IMG/VR virus record: IMGVR_UViG_3300030514_000001
Location: 64,001-128,000 of that record
Source: a virus
Taxonomy: Duplodnaviria; Heunggongvirae; Uroviricota; Caudoviricetes; Herelleviridae
Length of the DNA: 64,000 bases
Reading direction: 5' to 3' (one strand)
The notes under the pieces are model-generated. The model did no database searches, was not told the DNA's origin, and saw only the letters and a list, made by a program, of their open reading frames with translations. A program made the translations under genes and the position numbers. Shown piece by piece: positions 47,579 through 57,075 of this stretch; positions within the stretch are counted from its first letter, which is position 1; each line of letters starts with the position of its first letter.

Positions 47579-47851
47579 GTGGTTTTATTGACCTCATATC
47601 AAAAAGATGAAAAATGGAATAAAGCAAAGCAACTTTTAGCTACAGGTTTAACTTGGATTGAAGTGGTTAGTTACTACAGGCTCTTAGGTGGAACGAAAGT
47701 GAAAGTGTACGCCATCCTAGACCGAGAGAAGTTGTTAATCATGGATATGACCGGAGATAAGAATGTAGCCTTAATAGATGCGAACGGGGAAATAGTCTAT
47801 GCAAGTTATCTAGATGTCAAGAACAGTCGTAAGGTTTTCGAATACAGATAA
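47579..47851 (+). CDS. hypothetical protein upstream of portal
   Basis: late TATATTA at 47561. Confidence 0.7.
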   Translation: MVLLTSYQKDEKWNKAKQLLATGLTWIEVVSYYRLLGGTKVKVYAILDREKLLIMDMTGDKNVALIDANGEIVYASYLDVKNSRKVFEYR

Positions 47852-47889
47852 TTCAGAATATTCCCTATTTTATTTGAATAGAAGGTGGA

Positions 47890-49626
47890 ATGCAAATGGG
47901 ATTCTGGGATTTCCTAAAAAAAGCTCCTTCAAATCCGCTAGAGTTATTGAATCCGGAGGACAAGCACTCTGAGATATCTACAATGATTCGACAGATTGAA
48001 GAAGAGCAGATTATGAAAAGTACAACAGCCAAAGAAGGTAGAGCTAAAGCTTACGAAGAACCGATATTAGGTCAGTTCTCAATTAACCCTGATTACAAAG
48101 AAGCTCCTTCAAAAGATGGTAACTACAATCTATTAGAAAACCTAAAGTTGTGGTCACGAAAGAACATTATCGTGAATGCCATCATCAATACCCGCGTTAA
48201 CCAAGTCTCAATGTTCTGTAGTCCGGCTCGATATAGTTCGAGAGGTGTGGGCTACGAGGTTCGATTGAAAGACCCGTTTAAAGACCCAACTACACATGAA
48301 GAAGCTGCAATCCAGCGCATAGAAGACTTCCTGCAATACACCGGAAAGGTTAAGGACGACTTCACACGAGATAACTTCCGTGGATTTATTAAGAAGATTA
48401 TCCGTGACCGCCTTATTTATGACAAGATTAACTTCGAATTAATCTACAATAAACAGGGCGAACTAACTCGGTTCAAAGCCGTTGACGCTTCTACAATCTA
48501 TGTAGCGGTTGATAAGGAAGGTAAAGAACCTAAAGGCGATAACGCTGATAAGTTCGTACAGGTATTAGACCGCAGACCAGTAGCTCATTTCAAAGCAAAA
48601 GAGATGGCTTGGGAAGTACATAATCCGCGTACTGACATGACTGTAGGTAGGTATGGTTATTCAGAGCTAGAATTAGCAATGAATCATTTACAATATCATG
48701 AGAACACAGAGCTATTCAATGCTCGTTACTTTGCTCAAGGTGGTACGACTCGTGGATTACTTCACATCAAAACTGGACAAGACCAATCAAGACATGCTTT
48801 ACAGGCATTCCGTCGTGAATGGCAAACAATGTTTAGTGGGATTAATGGTGCTTGGAAGATTCCGGTTGTATCCGCAGAAGATGTTAAGTTCATCAATATG
48901 ACTCAATCATCAAGAGATATGGAGTTCGAAAGATGGCTAAACTATCTAATCAACGTTTTATGTAGTATCTATGCCATCGACCCATCGGAGATTAACTTCC
49001 CGAACCGTGGCGGAGCTACTGGTAGTTCTGGTAGCACACTAAACGAAACAAGCGCACGAGAAAAGAACCGTATCTCTCGTGACAAAGGATTAGAGCCTCT
49101 ATTAAAGTTCTTAGAGGATGCAATCAACAAATACATAGTTTCACAGTTTGGTGATAAGTACATATTCACATTCGTTGGTGGAGACGCACAGACAGAACGT
49201 GAAATCTTAGAAACTCTTGAATTACAATCTAAAGTCGGTCTTACATTTAATGATATTCGTAAGAAGCTTGGCTATCCTCCAGTAGAGGGCGGAGACGTAA
49301 TCAACAGTGGTGTTCACGTACAAAGTCTAGGTCAAATCATGCAAGAGAAAATGATGGAACAACAGTTCGCATTACAGAAGCAAGAAGCCAAACAAGCGAA
49401 TGCAACAGCTAAAACAAAGACACCAACCAAAGAGCAGTCAGAAGCACAGCAGAAAGGCATGAACGGTGATTCTGGAAATGTCAATGGTAAAGGAACCTAT
49501 AACAAGACTGTAGGTAAGGATGGTCAAGTAAAAGGAGCTAGAAATACCAACTCTGCAAAGCAAGGCGGTAAAGGAAACAACGGTGAAACTGTAAATAGTG
49601 ATGCTAAGAAAGGCGGTAAGAAGTAA
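47890..49626 (+). CDS. portal protein
   Basis: RYGYSELE, YFAQGGTTRGLL, GINGAWKIPV, DMEF..W; position before protease. Confidence 0.93.
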   Translation: MQMGFWDFLKKAPSNPLELLNPEDKHSEISTMIRQIEEEQIMKSTTAKEGRAKAYEEPILGQFSINPDYKEAPSKDGNYNLLENLKLWSRKNIIVNAIINTRVNQVSMFCSPARYSSRGVGYEVRLKDPFKDPTTHEEAAIQRIEDFLQYTGKVKDDFTRDNFRGFIKKIIRDRLIYDKINFELIYNKQGELTRFKAVDASTIYVAVDKEGKEPKGDNADKFVQVLDRRPVAHFKAKEMAWEVHNPRTDMTVGRYGYSELELAMNHLQYHENTELFNARYFAQGGTTRGLLHIKTGQDQSRHALQAFRREWQTMFSGINGAWKIPVVSAEDVKFINMTQSSRDMEFERWLNYLINVLCSIYAIDPSEINFPNRGGATGSSGSTLNETSAREKNRISRDKGLEPLLKFLEDAINKYIVSQFGDKYIFTFVGGDAQTEREILETLELQSKVGLTFNDIRKKLGYPPVEGGDVINSGVHVQSLGQIMQEKMMEQQFALQKQEAKQANATAKTKTPTKEQSEAQQKGMNGDSGNVNGKGTYNKTVGKDGQVKGARNTNSAKQGGKGNNGETVNSDAKKGGKK

Positions 49627-49795
49627 TGAATGACTTTAGATTCGTTTGTTACTATATGCTCCTAGCGTTCATCAATATCCCTAACTCACTCTACCATATC
49701 GTGAGAGGGAATCTTAAAGAATAGAATAACCCTCGACTAAGTGGTACTTTTGCTATATTAATATCAGTGACTATCGTACCACTTAGAAAGGAGGA

Positions 49796-50611
49796 ATGCA
49801 GTTGGAAACATATGTGGATAAAGCAACAGGTAAATTTAATATGTTCGTACCAATCGACATTGAAGAATCTATTAAAAAGAATGACGATTCTCCTTCCGAG
49901 AAATCTTGGTATCTTCGTGGGTACGCAACTACTCGTGATTTAGACCGACAGGACGACATTGTTGACCCTGCTGGTATCGACATCAATTACTTCTTGCAAC
50001 ATGGATATATAAACTATGAGCATCAACAAGGAGACTTCTACAAGATAGGAGTCCCAACAGAAGGGACTTATGTTGACCCGGAAGTTGGTTTATATGTTGA
50101 ATGTAAACTATACAAGGACAACCCTTACGCTAAGACTATGTGGGATTTAGCAACAAACATTAAGAAGTCCGGTATCAAACGTAAACTAGGATTCTCTGTA
50201 GAGGGGTTCGGTTACGGACGGGACGAAGATGACCCACGTATTCTTAAGAAGTTAAAAGTTACAAACGTAGCAGTAACATCGAATCCAGCTAACCCATTTG
50301 CAACATGGGAACACTTTATGAAGTCCTTTACGGCTGGTTATCCTATCTCTCCAGAAAACGCTTTAGATGCTGGAGCATTAAGCCCGGAATCTTTTGCTAG
50401 AAGTCTTTATAACCTTACATGGACTTTAAAGAAATCTAGTGATTCTGAGTTTGAAGAAACATGGGATAAAATAGGAGATTACCTAGATGCGATGGATAGA
50501 AATACTCCTGAGTGCGCGATGCTATTCTTGCAGATTGCTAAAGGATATTCTAGAAATGAAGCATTAGAGAAATTAAAAACATTTTATTCGAAATCCAGAA
50601 GGGAGCAATAA
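49796..50611 (+). CDS. prohead protease
   Basis: GYAT..DLDRQDD, INYEH, GFSVEG, VAVT.NPAN. Confidence 0.92.
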   Translation: MQLETYVDKATGKFNMFVPIDIEESIKKNDDSPSEKSWYLRGYATTRDLDRQDDIVDPAGIDINYFLQHGYINYEHQQGDFYKIGVPTEGTYVDPEVGLYVECKLYKDNPYAKTMWDLATNIKKSGIKRKLGFSVEGFGYGRDEDDPRILKKLKVTNVAVTSNPANPFATWEHFMKSFTAGYPISPENALDAGALSPESFARSLYNLTWTLKKSSDSEFEETWDKIGDYLDAMDRNTPECAMLFLQIAKGYSRNEALEKLKTFYSKSRREQ

Positions 50612-50614
50612 TTA

Positions 50615-51529
50615 ATGACACAAGTAAAAATTTCTGAGTTAACGAAAGAACTAGAGGGAATGTCAGAGAAGGAAGAAGTTTCAAAATCTATGGAACTAGC
50701 TGTCGAACAAGACGTTACCCCTGTAGCCGAGGCTAAAATTCCGGAACCAGAAGAGAAGGAAGAAGAAGCTAAAGAAGACGAAGAAAAAGTCAAAGAGGCT
50801 AAAGAAGAAGAGGAAGAAGTTGTCGAAAAGTCTGCTGATAAAAAAGAAGACAAAGAAGACAAAAAGGACGAGAAAGAAAAAGGCAAGGACAAGGAAAAAG
50901 GTAAAGATAAGGACAAAAAAGAGGACAAGGAAGAAGTTAAGAAGTCTGAGGCACCTACAGCTCCAGCAGAAGCTTCTGAATTGATTTCTGGTGCAGAACT
51001 ATTAACTGCGTTCGAAGCCGTTGTAAAGTCTTATGAGGGCGTTAAAACCGAATTGAAAGAACAGCGTACTTCTATTATCGAAGAAGTAACTAAATCCATC
51101 CTTCCTGTGATTGAAAATATCGCTAAACATTTCGAGAACCTTAAGAAAGAAGAGGTTAAGGAAGAAGTAGTGGAAGAGCCTAAGGAAGAAGAAGTTAAAG
51201 AGCCTGAGGTTAAGGAAGAGGAAGAAGTGAAAGAGGAAGTTGTAGAAAAATCTATGACTGCTGTCGAAGAAGAGGAACCAGAAGGTAAAGCAGTAGAGTA
51301 TATTGCTAAGTCTGCTGATATCTTTGTCGAAGGAGATACTAAAGAAGAGGAAGTAGTTGAAGAAGTATTTAAAGCTGCTGACTATACTTCTCAAGTAGTA
51401 GATATCGCTATCGCTAGTAAATTTGATGCAGGTACTAACCACCGTGTATTCCACGCAGTTAACCGTGTCAAAGAAGGACGCGAAACAGAAGATGATATCG
51501 CAATCTTCAAAAAAGTTTTAGGTAAATAA
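50615..51529 (+). CDS. acidic scaffold-like head assembly protein
   Basis: E/K-rich, repeated (V/E)xKS motifs, between protease and capsid. Confidence 0.75.
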   Translation: MTQVKISELTKELEGMSEKEEVSKSMELAVEQDVTPVAEAKIPEPEEKEEEAKEDEEKVKEAKEEEEEVVEKSADKKEDKEDKKDEKEKGKDKEKGKDKDKKEDKEEVKKSEAPTAPAEASELISGAELLTAFEAVVKSYEGVKTELKEQRTSIIEEVTKSILPVIENIAKHFENLKKEEVKEEVVEEPKEEEVKEPEVKEEEEVKEEVVEKSMTAVEEEEPEGKAVEYIAKSADIFVEGDTKEEEVVEEVFKAADYTSQVVDIAIASKFDAGTNHRVFHAVNRVKEGRETEDDIAIFKKVLGK

Positions 51530-51532
51530 TCC

Positions 51533-51567
51533 ATTTCCGAAAAAAATAAGTAAGAAGTGTTATATTA
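51533..51567 (+). promoter_or_regulatory. late promoter TGTTATATTA
   Basis: Twort/A511-type late motif; related TATATTA motifs at 44579, 47561, 49754, 63954. Confidence 0.65.
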
Positions 51568-51714
51568 TACTCGTAGGCTCTAAAAATACGAAAAGGTAGC
51601 TTCCCTCCTCCTAAGTTACCTTTTCCATTTGTGGTATAATAGAGTTAAGGGGAGATAAATTACGTTATCAATAAAATATATAAAATACATATACTAGAAA
51701 GGAAGAATTTATAA

Positions 51715-53154
51715 ATGACAGAATTACAAAAAGAACAGAAAGTCGAAGCTCGTAAGCTCCCTGCTGGCGCAGAAGCGGAATTAGCGGAATTAGTTTCGAA
51801 GTCATTTACAACTGGTACTGGTATTACTCCAGATACACAGCATGACGCAGCAGCTTTACGTCGTGAACTTTTAGACGACCAAGTAAAAATGCTTGCATTC
51901 ACAAATGGAGATTTCACTATTTATCCGTTGATTAACAAGCAACAAGTTAACTCAACAGTTGCTAAATATGCAGTCTTCAATCAACATGGTCGTACAGGTC
52001 ACTCTCGTTTCGTTCGTGAGGTCGGGGTAGCATCTATCAATGACCCTAACATCCGTCAAAAAACGGTTCAAATGAAGTTCTTATCTGACACTAAGCAACA
52101 ATCACTTGCTGCTGGTTTAGTTAACAACATCGCTGACCCAATGACTATCTTAACGGAAGATGCAATCTCTGTAATTGCTAAATCTATCGAGTGGGCTATT
52201 TTTTACGGTGACGCAGCATTAGCAGCAGAAGCAGACAACCAAGCTGGTATCGAGTTTGATGGTTTAACGAAGCTTATTGACGAAGCTACTAACGTTATCG
52301 ACCTTAAAGGTGAACGTTTAGATGAGGCTACTTTAAACAAAGCGGCTGTAATCGTAGGTAAAGGTTATGGACGAGCTACTGATGCGTTTATGCCGATTGG
52401 TGTGCAAGCTGATTTTACTAACAATCTATTAGACCGTCAACGTGTAATTCAACCATCACAAGCTGGTGGATTCTCTACTGGATTCTCTATCAACCAGTTC
52501 TTATCTACTCGTGGTGCTATCAACTTACACGGTTCTACAATCATGGAGAACGACAACATCTTAGTTGACCGTATTCCAGAACCAAACGCTCCTCAAGCTC
52601 CTGCATCTGTAGTTGCTACAGTTAAGACAGGCGATAAAGGCGCATTCCGTCCAGTGAAAGATATTAAGACTCACGGTTACAAAGTAGTAGTTCACTCTGA
52701 TGATGCAGAATCACTAGCATCTGATGAAGTAACAGCAGTTGTAGCTAACCCTACTGACTCTGTATCACTTGCAGTTAAGCTTCAATCTTTATACCAAGCT
52801 AAACCGCAATTCATCTCTATCTACCGTAAAGGTAACGAGACAGGTCACTACTTCTTAATCGCTCGTGTTCCACTTTCTAAAGCGGATGAAAACGGTGTAA
52901 TCACATTCGTTGACCGTAACCAAGTGATTCCTGAGACTACTGATGTATTCATCGGTGAATTAACTCCACAAGTAATTAGTTTACTAGAGTTACTTCCAAT
53001 GATGAAGTTACCATTGGCTCAAATGAACGCTACAACTACATTCACAGTCCTTTGGTACGGTGCATTAGCATTATACGCTCCTAAGAAATGGGTTCGTATC
53101 AAGAACGTTCAGTACATTCCAGCTCTAGCAGCAGATGTTACTTACCGTCCTTAA
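51715..53154 (+). CDS. major capsid protein
   Basis: KSFTTG.GITP...AALRRE.L, Herelleviridae-type sequence. Confidence 0.96.
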   Translation: MTELQKEQKVEARKLPAGAEAELAELVSKSFTTGTGITPDTQHDAAALRRELLDDQVKMLAFTNGDFTIYPLINKQQVNSTVAKYAVFNQHGRTGHSRFVREVGVASINDPNIRQKTVQMKFLSDTKQQSLAAGLVNNIADPMTILTEDAISVIAKSIEWAIFYGDAALAAEADNQAGIEFDGLTKLIDEATNVIDLKGERLDEATLNKAAVIVGKGYGRATDAFMPIGVQADFTNNLLDRQRVIQPSQAGGFSTGFSINQFLSTRGAINLHGSTIMENDNILVDRIPEPNAPQAPASVVATVKTGDKGAFRPVKDIKTHGYKVVVHSDDAESLASDEVTAVVANPTDSVSLAVKLQSLYQAKPQFISIYRKGNETGHYFLIARVPLSKADENGVITFVDRNQVIPETTDVFIGELTPQVISLLELLPMMKLPLAQMNATTTFTVLWYGALALYAPKKWVRIKNVQYIPALAADVTYRP

Positions 53155-53301
53155 TTAATACATACCAAAACTAGTTAGGGTTTCTATTAGATAGGCATAC
53201 CGACCTCTTAATTGAGGCGGTATAACCCTATGACAACTACCATACCCTAACCTGATAATATCATAGTGTACGTCCTTTGACAACTAAATAAAAAATTGAA
53301 T

Positions 53302-53330
53302 AGGAGCAGACAAAAAATCTGCTCCTTTTT
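53302..53330 (+). terminator. intrinsic terminator
   Basis: AGGAGCAGA/TCTGCTCCT plus T tract. Confidence 0.85.
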
Positions 53331-53363
53331 ATTTCAAAAAATACGATATAAAGGAGATTTATT

Positions 53364-53594
53364 ATGTTAGTAAATGAACATTTAGCAGGAAAGACAGTAG
53401 CATCAGCCTATGGAGATATTACCTTTAATGAGAAAGGTGAAGCTGTAGATGTTAAACCAGAAGTAGAAAAAGCTTTAGCGCATGTTCAAGGATTCACTCT
53501 AGTAGAAGAAAAACCGGAACCGAAGAAAGAAGCTCCAGCGAAGAAAGCTGCACCTAAAAAAACTGCACCTAAAGCTGATAAAGAAGAAAAATAA
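53364..53594 (+). CDS. small virion-module protein with K/A/P-rich tail
   Basis: position after capsid. Confidence 0.8.
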   Translation: MLVNEHLAGKTVASAYGDITFNEKGEAVDVKPEVEKALAHVQGFTLVEEKPEPKKEAPAKKAAPKKTAPKADKEEK

Positions 53595-53612
53595 TAGGGA
53601 GTAGGGTTGTAT

Positions 53613-54485
53613 ATGTTCACAAATAACGAAAGAGGAAATCAATATCAACATAACAACGAGAAACTAATCAATGTAGAAGATATTGAAAAACTCCGACTAG
53701 AAGACTATGGATTAACCGTAGATGCCATTAAAATGAATCACTTTGGTATTACCGTTACTGACCCTAGAACTGGTGAATACATGCCGGATGCATTCTATCA
53801 ATCTAAGATAGAGCAAGCTGTAGCACAAGCAGAGAAGAAGTTGGACATCGTAATACTCCCTCGATACAACTCCGAACATCATGACTACTATCGTAATGAT
53901 TTCGAAAGCTTCATGTTCATCAGACCAACTCAAAGACCTATCATGCAAGTAGAGAAGGTTACATTAGAGTATGGTGGAGGAACCGTTTTCGACTACCCTA
54001 CGAAGTGGTGGAGAGTTTATAAGTTAGAGGGTCACTTAGAGATGTTACCGACTCTAATGCTGTCAGAATCGGGTCAGAACATGAATTTAGCGCAAGCCTA
54101 CTCCGGTTATCCTATGATTGCTGGTATTCCTCATTTAGTAGGTAACAACTACGCTCCACAGATGTTCCATGTAGAGTATGTAGCTGGTATGTTACCACCA
54201 AAACGAAGAGGCGTATCACAACCGTGGGAAATGCACCCTGACTTATGGACACTCATTATCAAGATTGCTTTAAAAGAAGTATTCCAACAATGGGGTCGCT
54301 TAATCGTAGGTGCAGGTATCGCGTCTATGGATATCAGTATCGATGGTATTTCACAACACATTGATACAACTCAATCTGCTATGTATGGTGGAGCATCAGC
54401 CGATATCATGCAGCTAGATAGAGATATCCAAGAATTAGTAGATGGATTGAAATCTTACTATGGAGTTAACTTAGGAATTATTTAA
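53613..54485 (+). CDS. head-tail adaptor/neck protein
   Basis: conserved position; GAGIAS..ISIDG.S. Confidence 0.75.
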   Translation: MFTNNERGNQYQHNNEKLINVEDIEKLRLEDYGLTVDAIKMNHFGITVTDPRTGEYMPDAFYQSKIEQAVAQAEKKLDIVILPRYNSEHHDYYRNDFESFMFIRPTQRPIMQVEKVTLEYGGGTVFDYPTKWWRVYKLEGHLEMLPTLMLSESGQNMNLAQAYSGYPMIAGIPHLVGNNYAPQMFHVEYVAGMLPPKRRGVSQPWEMHPDLWTLIIKIALKEVFQQWGRLIVGAGIASMDISIDGISQHIDTTQSAMYGGASADIMQLDRDIQELVDGLKSYYGVNLGII

Positions 54486-54500
54486 GAGAGGAGGTAGAGT

Positions 54501-55286
54501 ATGGCGGATAAACCGTATATGTTGCAAGCTACCGCACAGGCAACGCATAGATTACCTGACTTAGATAGTCATATTGACAACTTCGCCCAACGTGTGTTAT
54601 GGGAGAAATCTTATTTATGTCCTTGCCGTGATAGAGCAACAAGACAACCACAGCAAAGCTGTAAAATCTGTCACGGGAGAGGGATTGCCTACCTACCTGC
54701 TAAAGAAATAGGTATGATGATTCAGTCCCAAGAGAAAGGTGTATTCAATGGTGACTTAGGTTTAATCGATACAGGCTCCGCAATTGGTACACCAGAACGA
54801 GCAACACGAGTCGCATTCCGTGACAGAATAACTGTTCCTAGAGCTGTTATATCACAGTCATTCATTTTTGATGCTTCCAAGCGTAGAATCGAACATGGTT
54901 TCTTCATGGTCTATGACGTAAAGAAAATAGAGTTCGTTACTTCTATGCAAGGCGAATTATTAGAAGGACAAGATTACACGGTTGATTATAACAAGAATCT
55001 ATTCTTCCCTAAAGAGCATCTAGAAGGACACAATATATCGATTAATATCGATACTACTTTACGATATCTAGTAGCAGACCTGTTAAAAGAACATCGATAT
55101 GTACGAGATATGGATTACTCACAACACAATGCAGTTCAAAAGATATTGCTAAAGCGTGAAGATATTTTCATAGACAAAGAAGCTTTCGAAACAGGTGTCA
55201 ATAATAAGGAAGTAGATACTATCATTGATGCGAAACGTAAGCCAAGTACAGATGGATTAAACGGATTCTTCAAAGGGATTGGTTAA
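54501..55286 (+). CDS. head completion/neck protein
   Basis: CPC...CKICHG; position. Confidence 0.7.
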   Translation: MADKPYMLQATAQATHRLPDLDSHIDNFAQRVLWEKSYLCPCRDRATRQPQQSCKICHGRGIAYLPAKEIGMMIQSQEKGVFNGDLGLIDTGSAIGTPERATRVAFRDRITVPRAVISQSFIFDASKRRIEHGFFMVYDVKKIEFVTSMQGELLEGQDYTVDYNKNLFFPKEHLEGHNISINIDTTLRYLVADLLKEHRYVRDMDYSQHNAVQKILLKREDIFIDKEAFETGVNNKEVDTIIDAKRKPSTDGLNGFFKGIG

Positions 55287-55288
55287 TA

Positions 55289-55921
55289 ATGGCTAAGAAG
55301 AATAATAGAAGACCTAAGATTTTCCAGAGCCAAGCGCAAATGAAAAAGGCGTTAACCAATCTGGGAAATAATTTAGGTAACCAAGTTCTCGATGAAACGG
55401 CGGAAGCCATCATTAAGAGCAAACCGCAGAATATGGAATTAAAAAGGAAACCGAAGTACTTACAGTTAACGGAAAAACGGTTAGATTCTATGGGTGTCAT
55501 CGACCTTAAGCCTTACTTCGCACAAAGTAGTAAGCGTAAAACAAGTAAGGACGGTGGATGGTACCTTACAATCCCAATCAGAAGGAAAGCAAGAGGTATG
55601 TCACGTAGGATGTACGAACAACTACGGGCTATTGATATCCAACCGAACACACGTAAAACAGTTATATCCGATTACTTGTACGATAAGAGAGAACAATCTG
55701 ATGCAAGCATGTTGAACTACACACCAATGTCTAAGAACATCACGAAGATAAAAGTGGGAAATAATCGACATGACTATGTAGCATTCCGTACCGTATCAGA
55801 CAAATCTCCGGCTAGTAGCTGGGTTGTAAATAGAAGTAAGGTAACTGTCAATAACACTTCTAAAACCTTCGTATCAAACGTTAACAGGCTTATGAAGTGG
55901 AATATGAAGAATGGTGTTTAG
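55289..55921 (+). CDS. basic neck/tail completion protein
   Basis: position. Confidence 0.7.
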   Translation: MAKKNNRRPKIFQSQAQMKKALTNLGNNLGNQVLDETAEAIIKSKPQNMELKRKPKYLQLTEKRLDSMGVIDLKPYFAQSSKRKTSKDGGWYLTIPIRRKARGMSRRMYEQLRAIDIQPNTRKTVISDYLYDKREQSDASMLNYTPMSKNITKIKVGNNRHDYVAFRTVSDKSPASSWVVNRSKVTVNNTSKTFVSNVNRLMKWNMKNGV

Positions 55922-55943
55922 AGCTTAGAAAGGAGGAGAAAAC

Positions 55944-56819
55944 TTGTTATCTAGTATTGATACATACCTGCATACCCAGATAGAAACGACTCTGGGGAAT
56001 TTGTTGACGAACCGCTATATTATAGAAGAACTATTAAAAGAGGTTCAACCGAACGTAAGAGAAGCGTTTATCAAGGCTTATGTATACGACGAAAAACGTA
56101 ATCCGGCTCCCCCGGAAATACCCATTGTATACACAATGCCACAAGATAAACAGATGCTTCGAGGAGCCATTTATATCGGTCTTAGAGAGGGAGAAGAATC
56201 TCACACTAGTATCGGTAATCAAGAAAGTACATATGGCGCTCCATCGAGAGGTTTATTATCCGAACAATCCGCAGTCAAAGTAGACCAAACGAACGGAAAA
56301 ATGTATTTAGAGGTTAGTAAGCCTATTGCAGAAGTTGATAGCGTAACGGGTATTACATTTTCCAAAGGTGAACTTGAGTATAAAGGTAACCGGATGTACT
56401 TCGATTACAACGAAGTGTTAGAAAATTTAGAACCTTTTACTGTATGGTATGAGGCGGAATCAGAAAATCCAGCTCGTAAAGGTGAGTTCGGTGTACGTTC
56501 TGGTTTCACTACTACGGAATATTATTCCATTCTAGTACTCTCTACCAACATGAATACAGTAAGATGCCTAGATTTATTGCTTAAAGCAGTACTCATCTAT
56601 ATGAGAAGTACAGCAGAAGAGCATACAAACAACCTGTTACAAGGAGTTAAGTTCGGTCAGATAGATGAGATACCAGTAGGTGAAAACGCTGGCGGTGGCG
56701 CTAAAGCAGAAACCCTGTATGGACGCGAAACCATCATCAAATACGTTACATCTTATAGTTTAGACGTTCCAATCGAAAACATGATTAAGGAACTTCAAAT
56801 AAATAGTAAATTCAATTAA
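55944..56819 (+). CDS. tail terminator/completion-like protein
   Basis: position before sheath. Confidence 0.7.
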   Translation: MLSSIDTYLHTQIETTLGNLLTNRYIIEELLKEVQPNVREAFIKAYVYDEKRNPAPPEIPIVYTMPQDKQMLRGAIYIGLREGEESHTSIGNQESTYGAPSRGLLSEQSAVKVDQTNGKMYLEVSKPIAEVDSVTGITFSKGELEYKGNRMYFDYNEVLENLEPFTVWYEAESENPARKGEFGVRSGFTTTEYYSILVLSTNMNTVRCLDLLLKAVLIYMRSTAEEHTNNLLQGVKFGQIDEIPVGENAGGGAKAETLYGRETIIKYVTSYSLDVPIENMIKELQINSKFN

Positions 56820-56837
56820 TAGAACGGAGGGTTCATA

Positions 56838-57047
56838 GTGGAAAAGGAAGCGAAAGAAGTAAAGAAAAAAGTAGAGCCGCTTGCACCTTACGTCCACATT
56901 GATACGTTCATCCAAACAGCGAAACACTTATACGATTTAAGTGATACTCAATTGGCTGGATTCAGAGCATTAATGAATGGACAACACTACCAAAGAGATG
57001 AACTAATTTTCTTGGAAAAACTTAAGCAACACTTTAATTTAAAATAA
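56838..57047 (+). CDS. small conserved protein before sheath
   Basis: GGAGG SD. Confidence 0.75.
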   Translation: MEKEAKEVKKKVEPLAPYVHIDTFIQTAKHLYDLSDTQLAGFRALMNGQHYQRDELIFLEKLKQHFNLK

Positions 57048-57075
57048 TCATACATAGGAAAGGAAGATTACATAT

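Noticed and set aside
53146..53175. Programmed frameshift at capsid end (CCT TAA)
   Set aside because: Both shifted frames stop within a few codons, so there is no extension domain
53170..53260. Hammerhead ribozyme on the - strand (GTC-stem-CTAATAGAAAC)
   Set aside because: CUGANGA core is degenerate and stem II is missing
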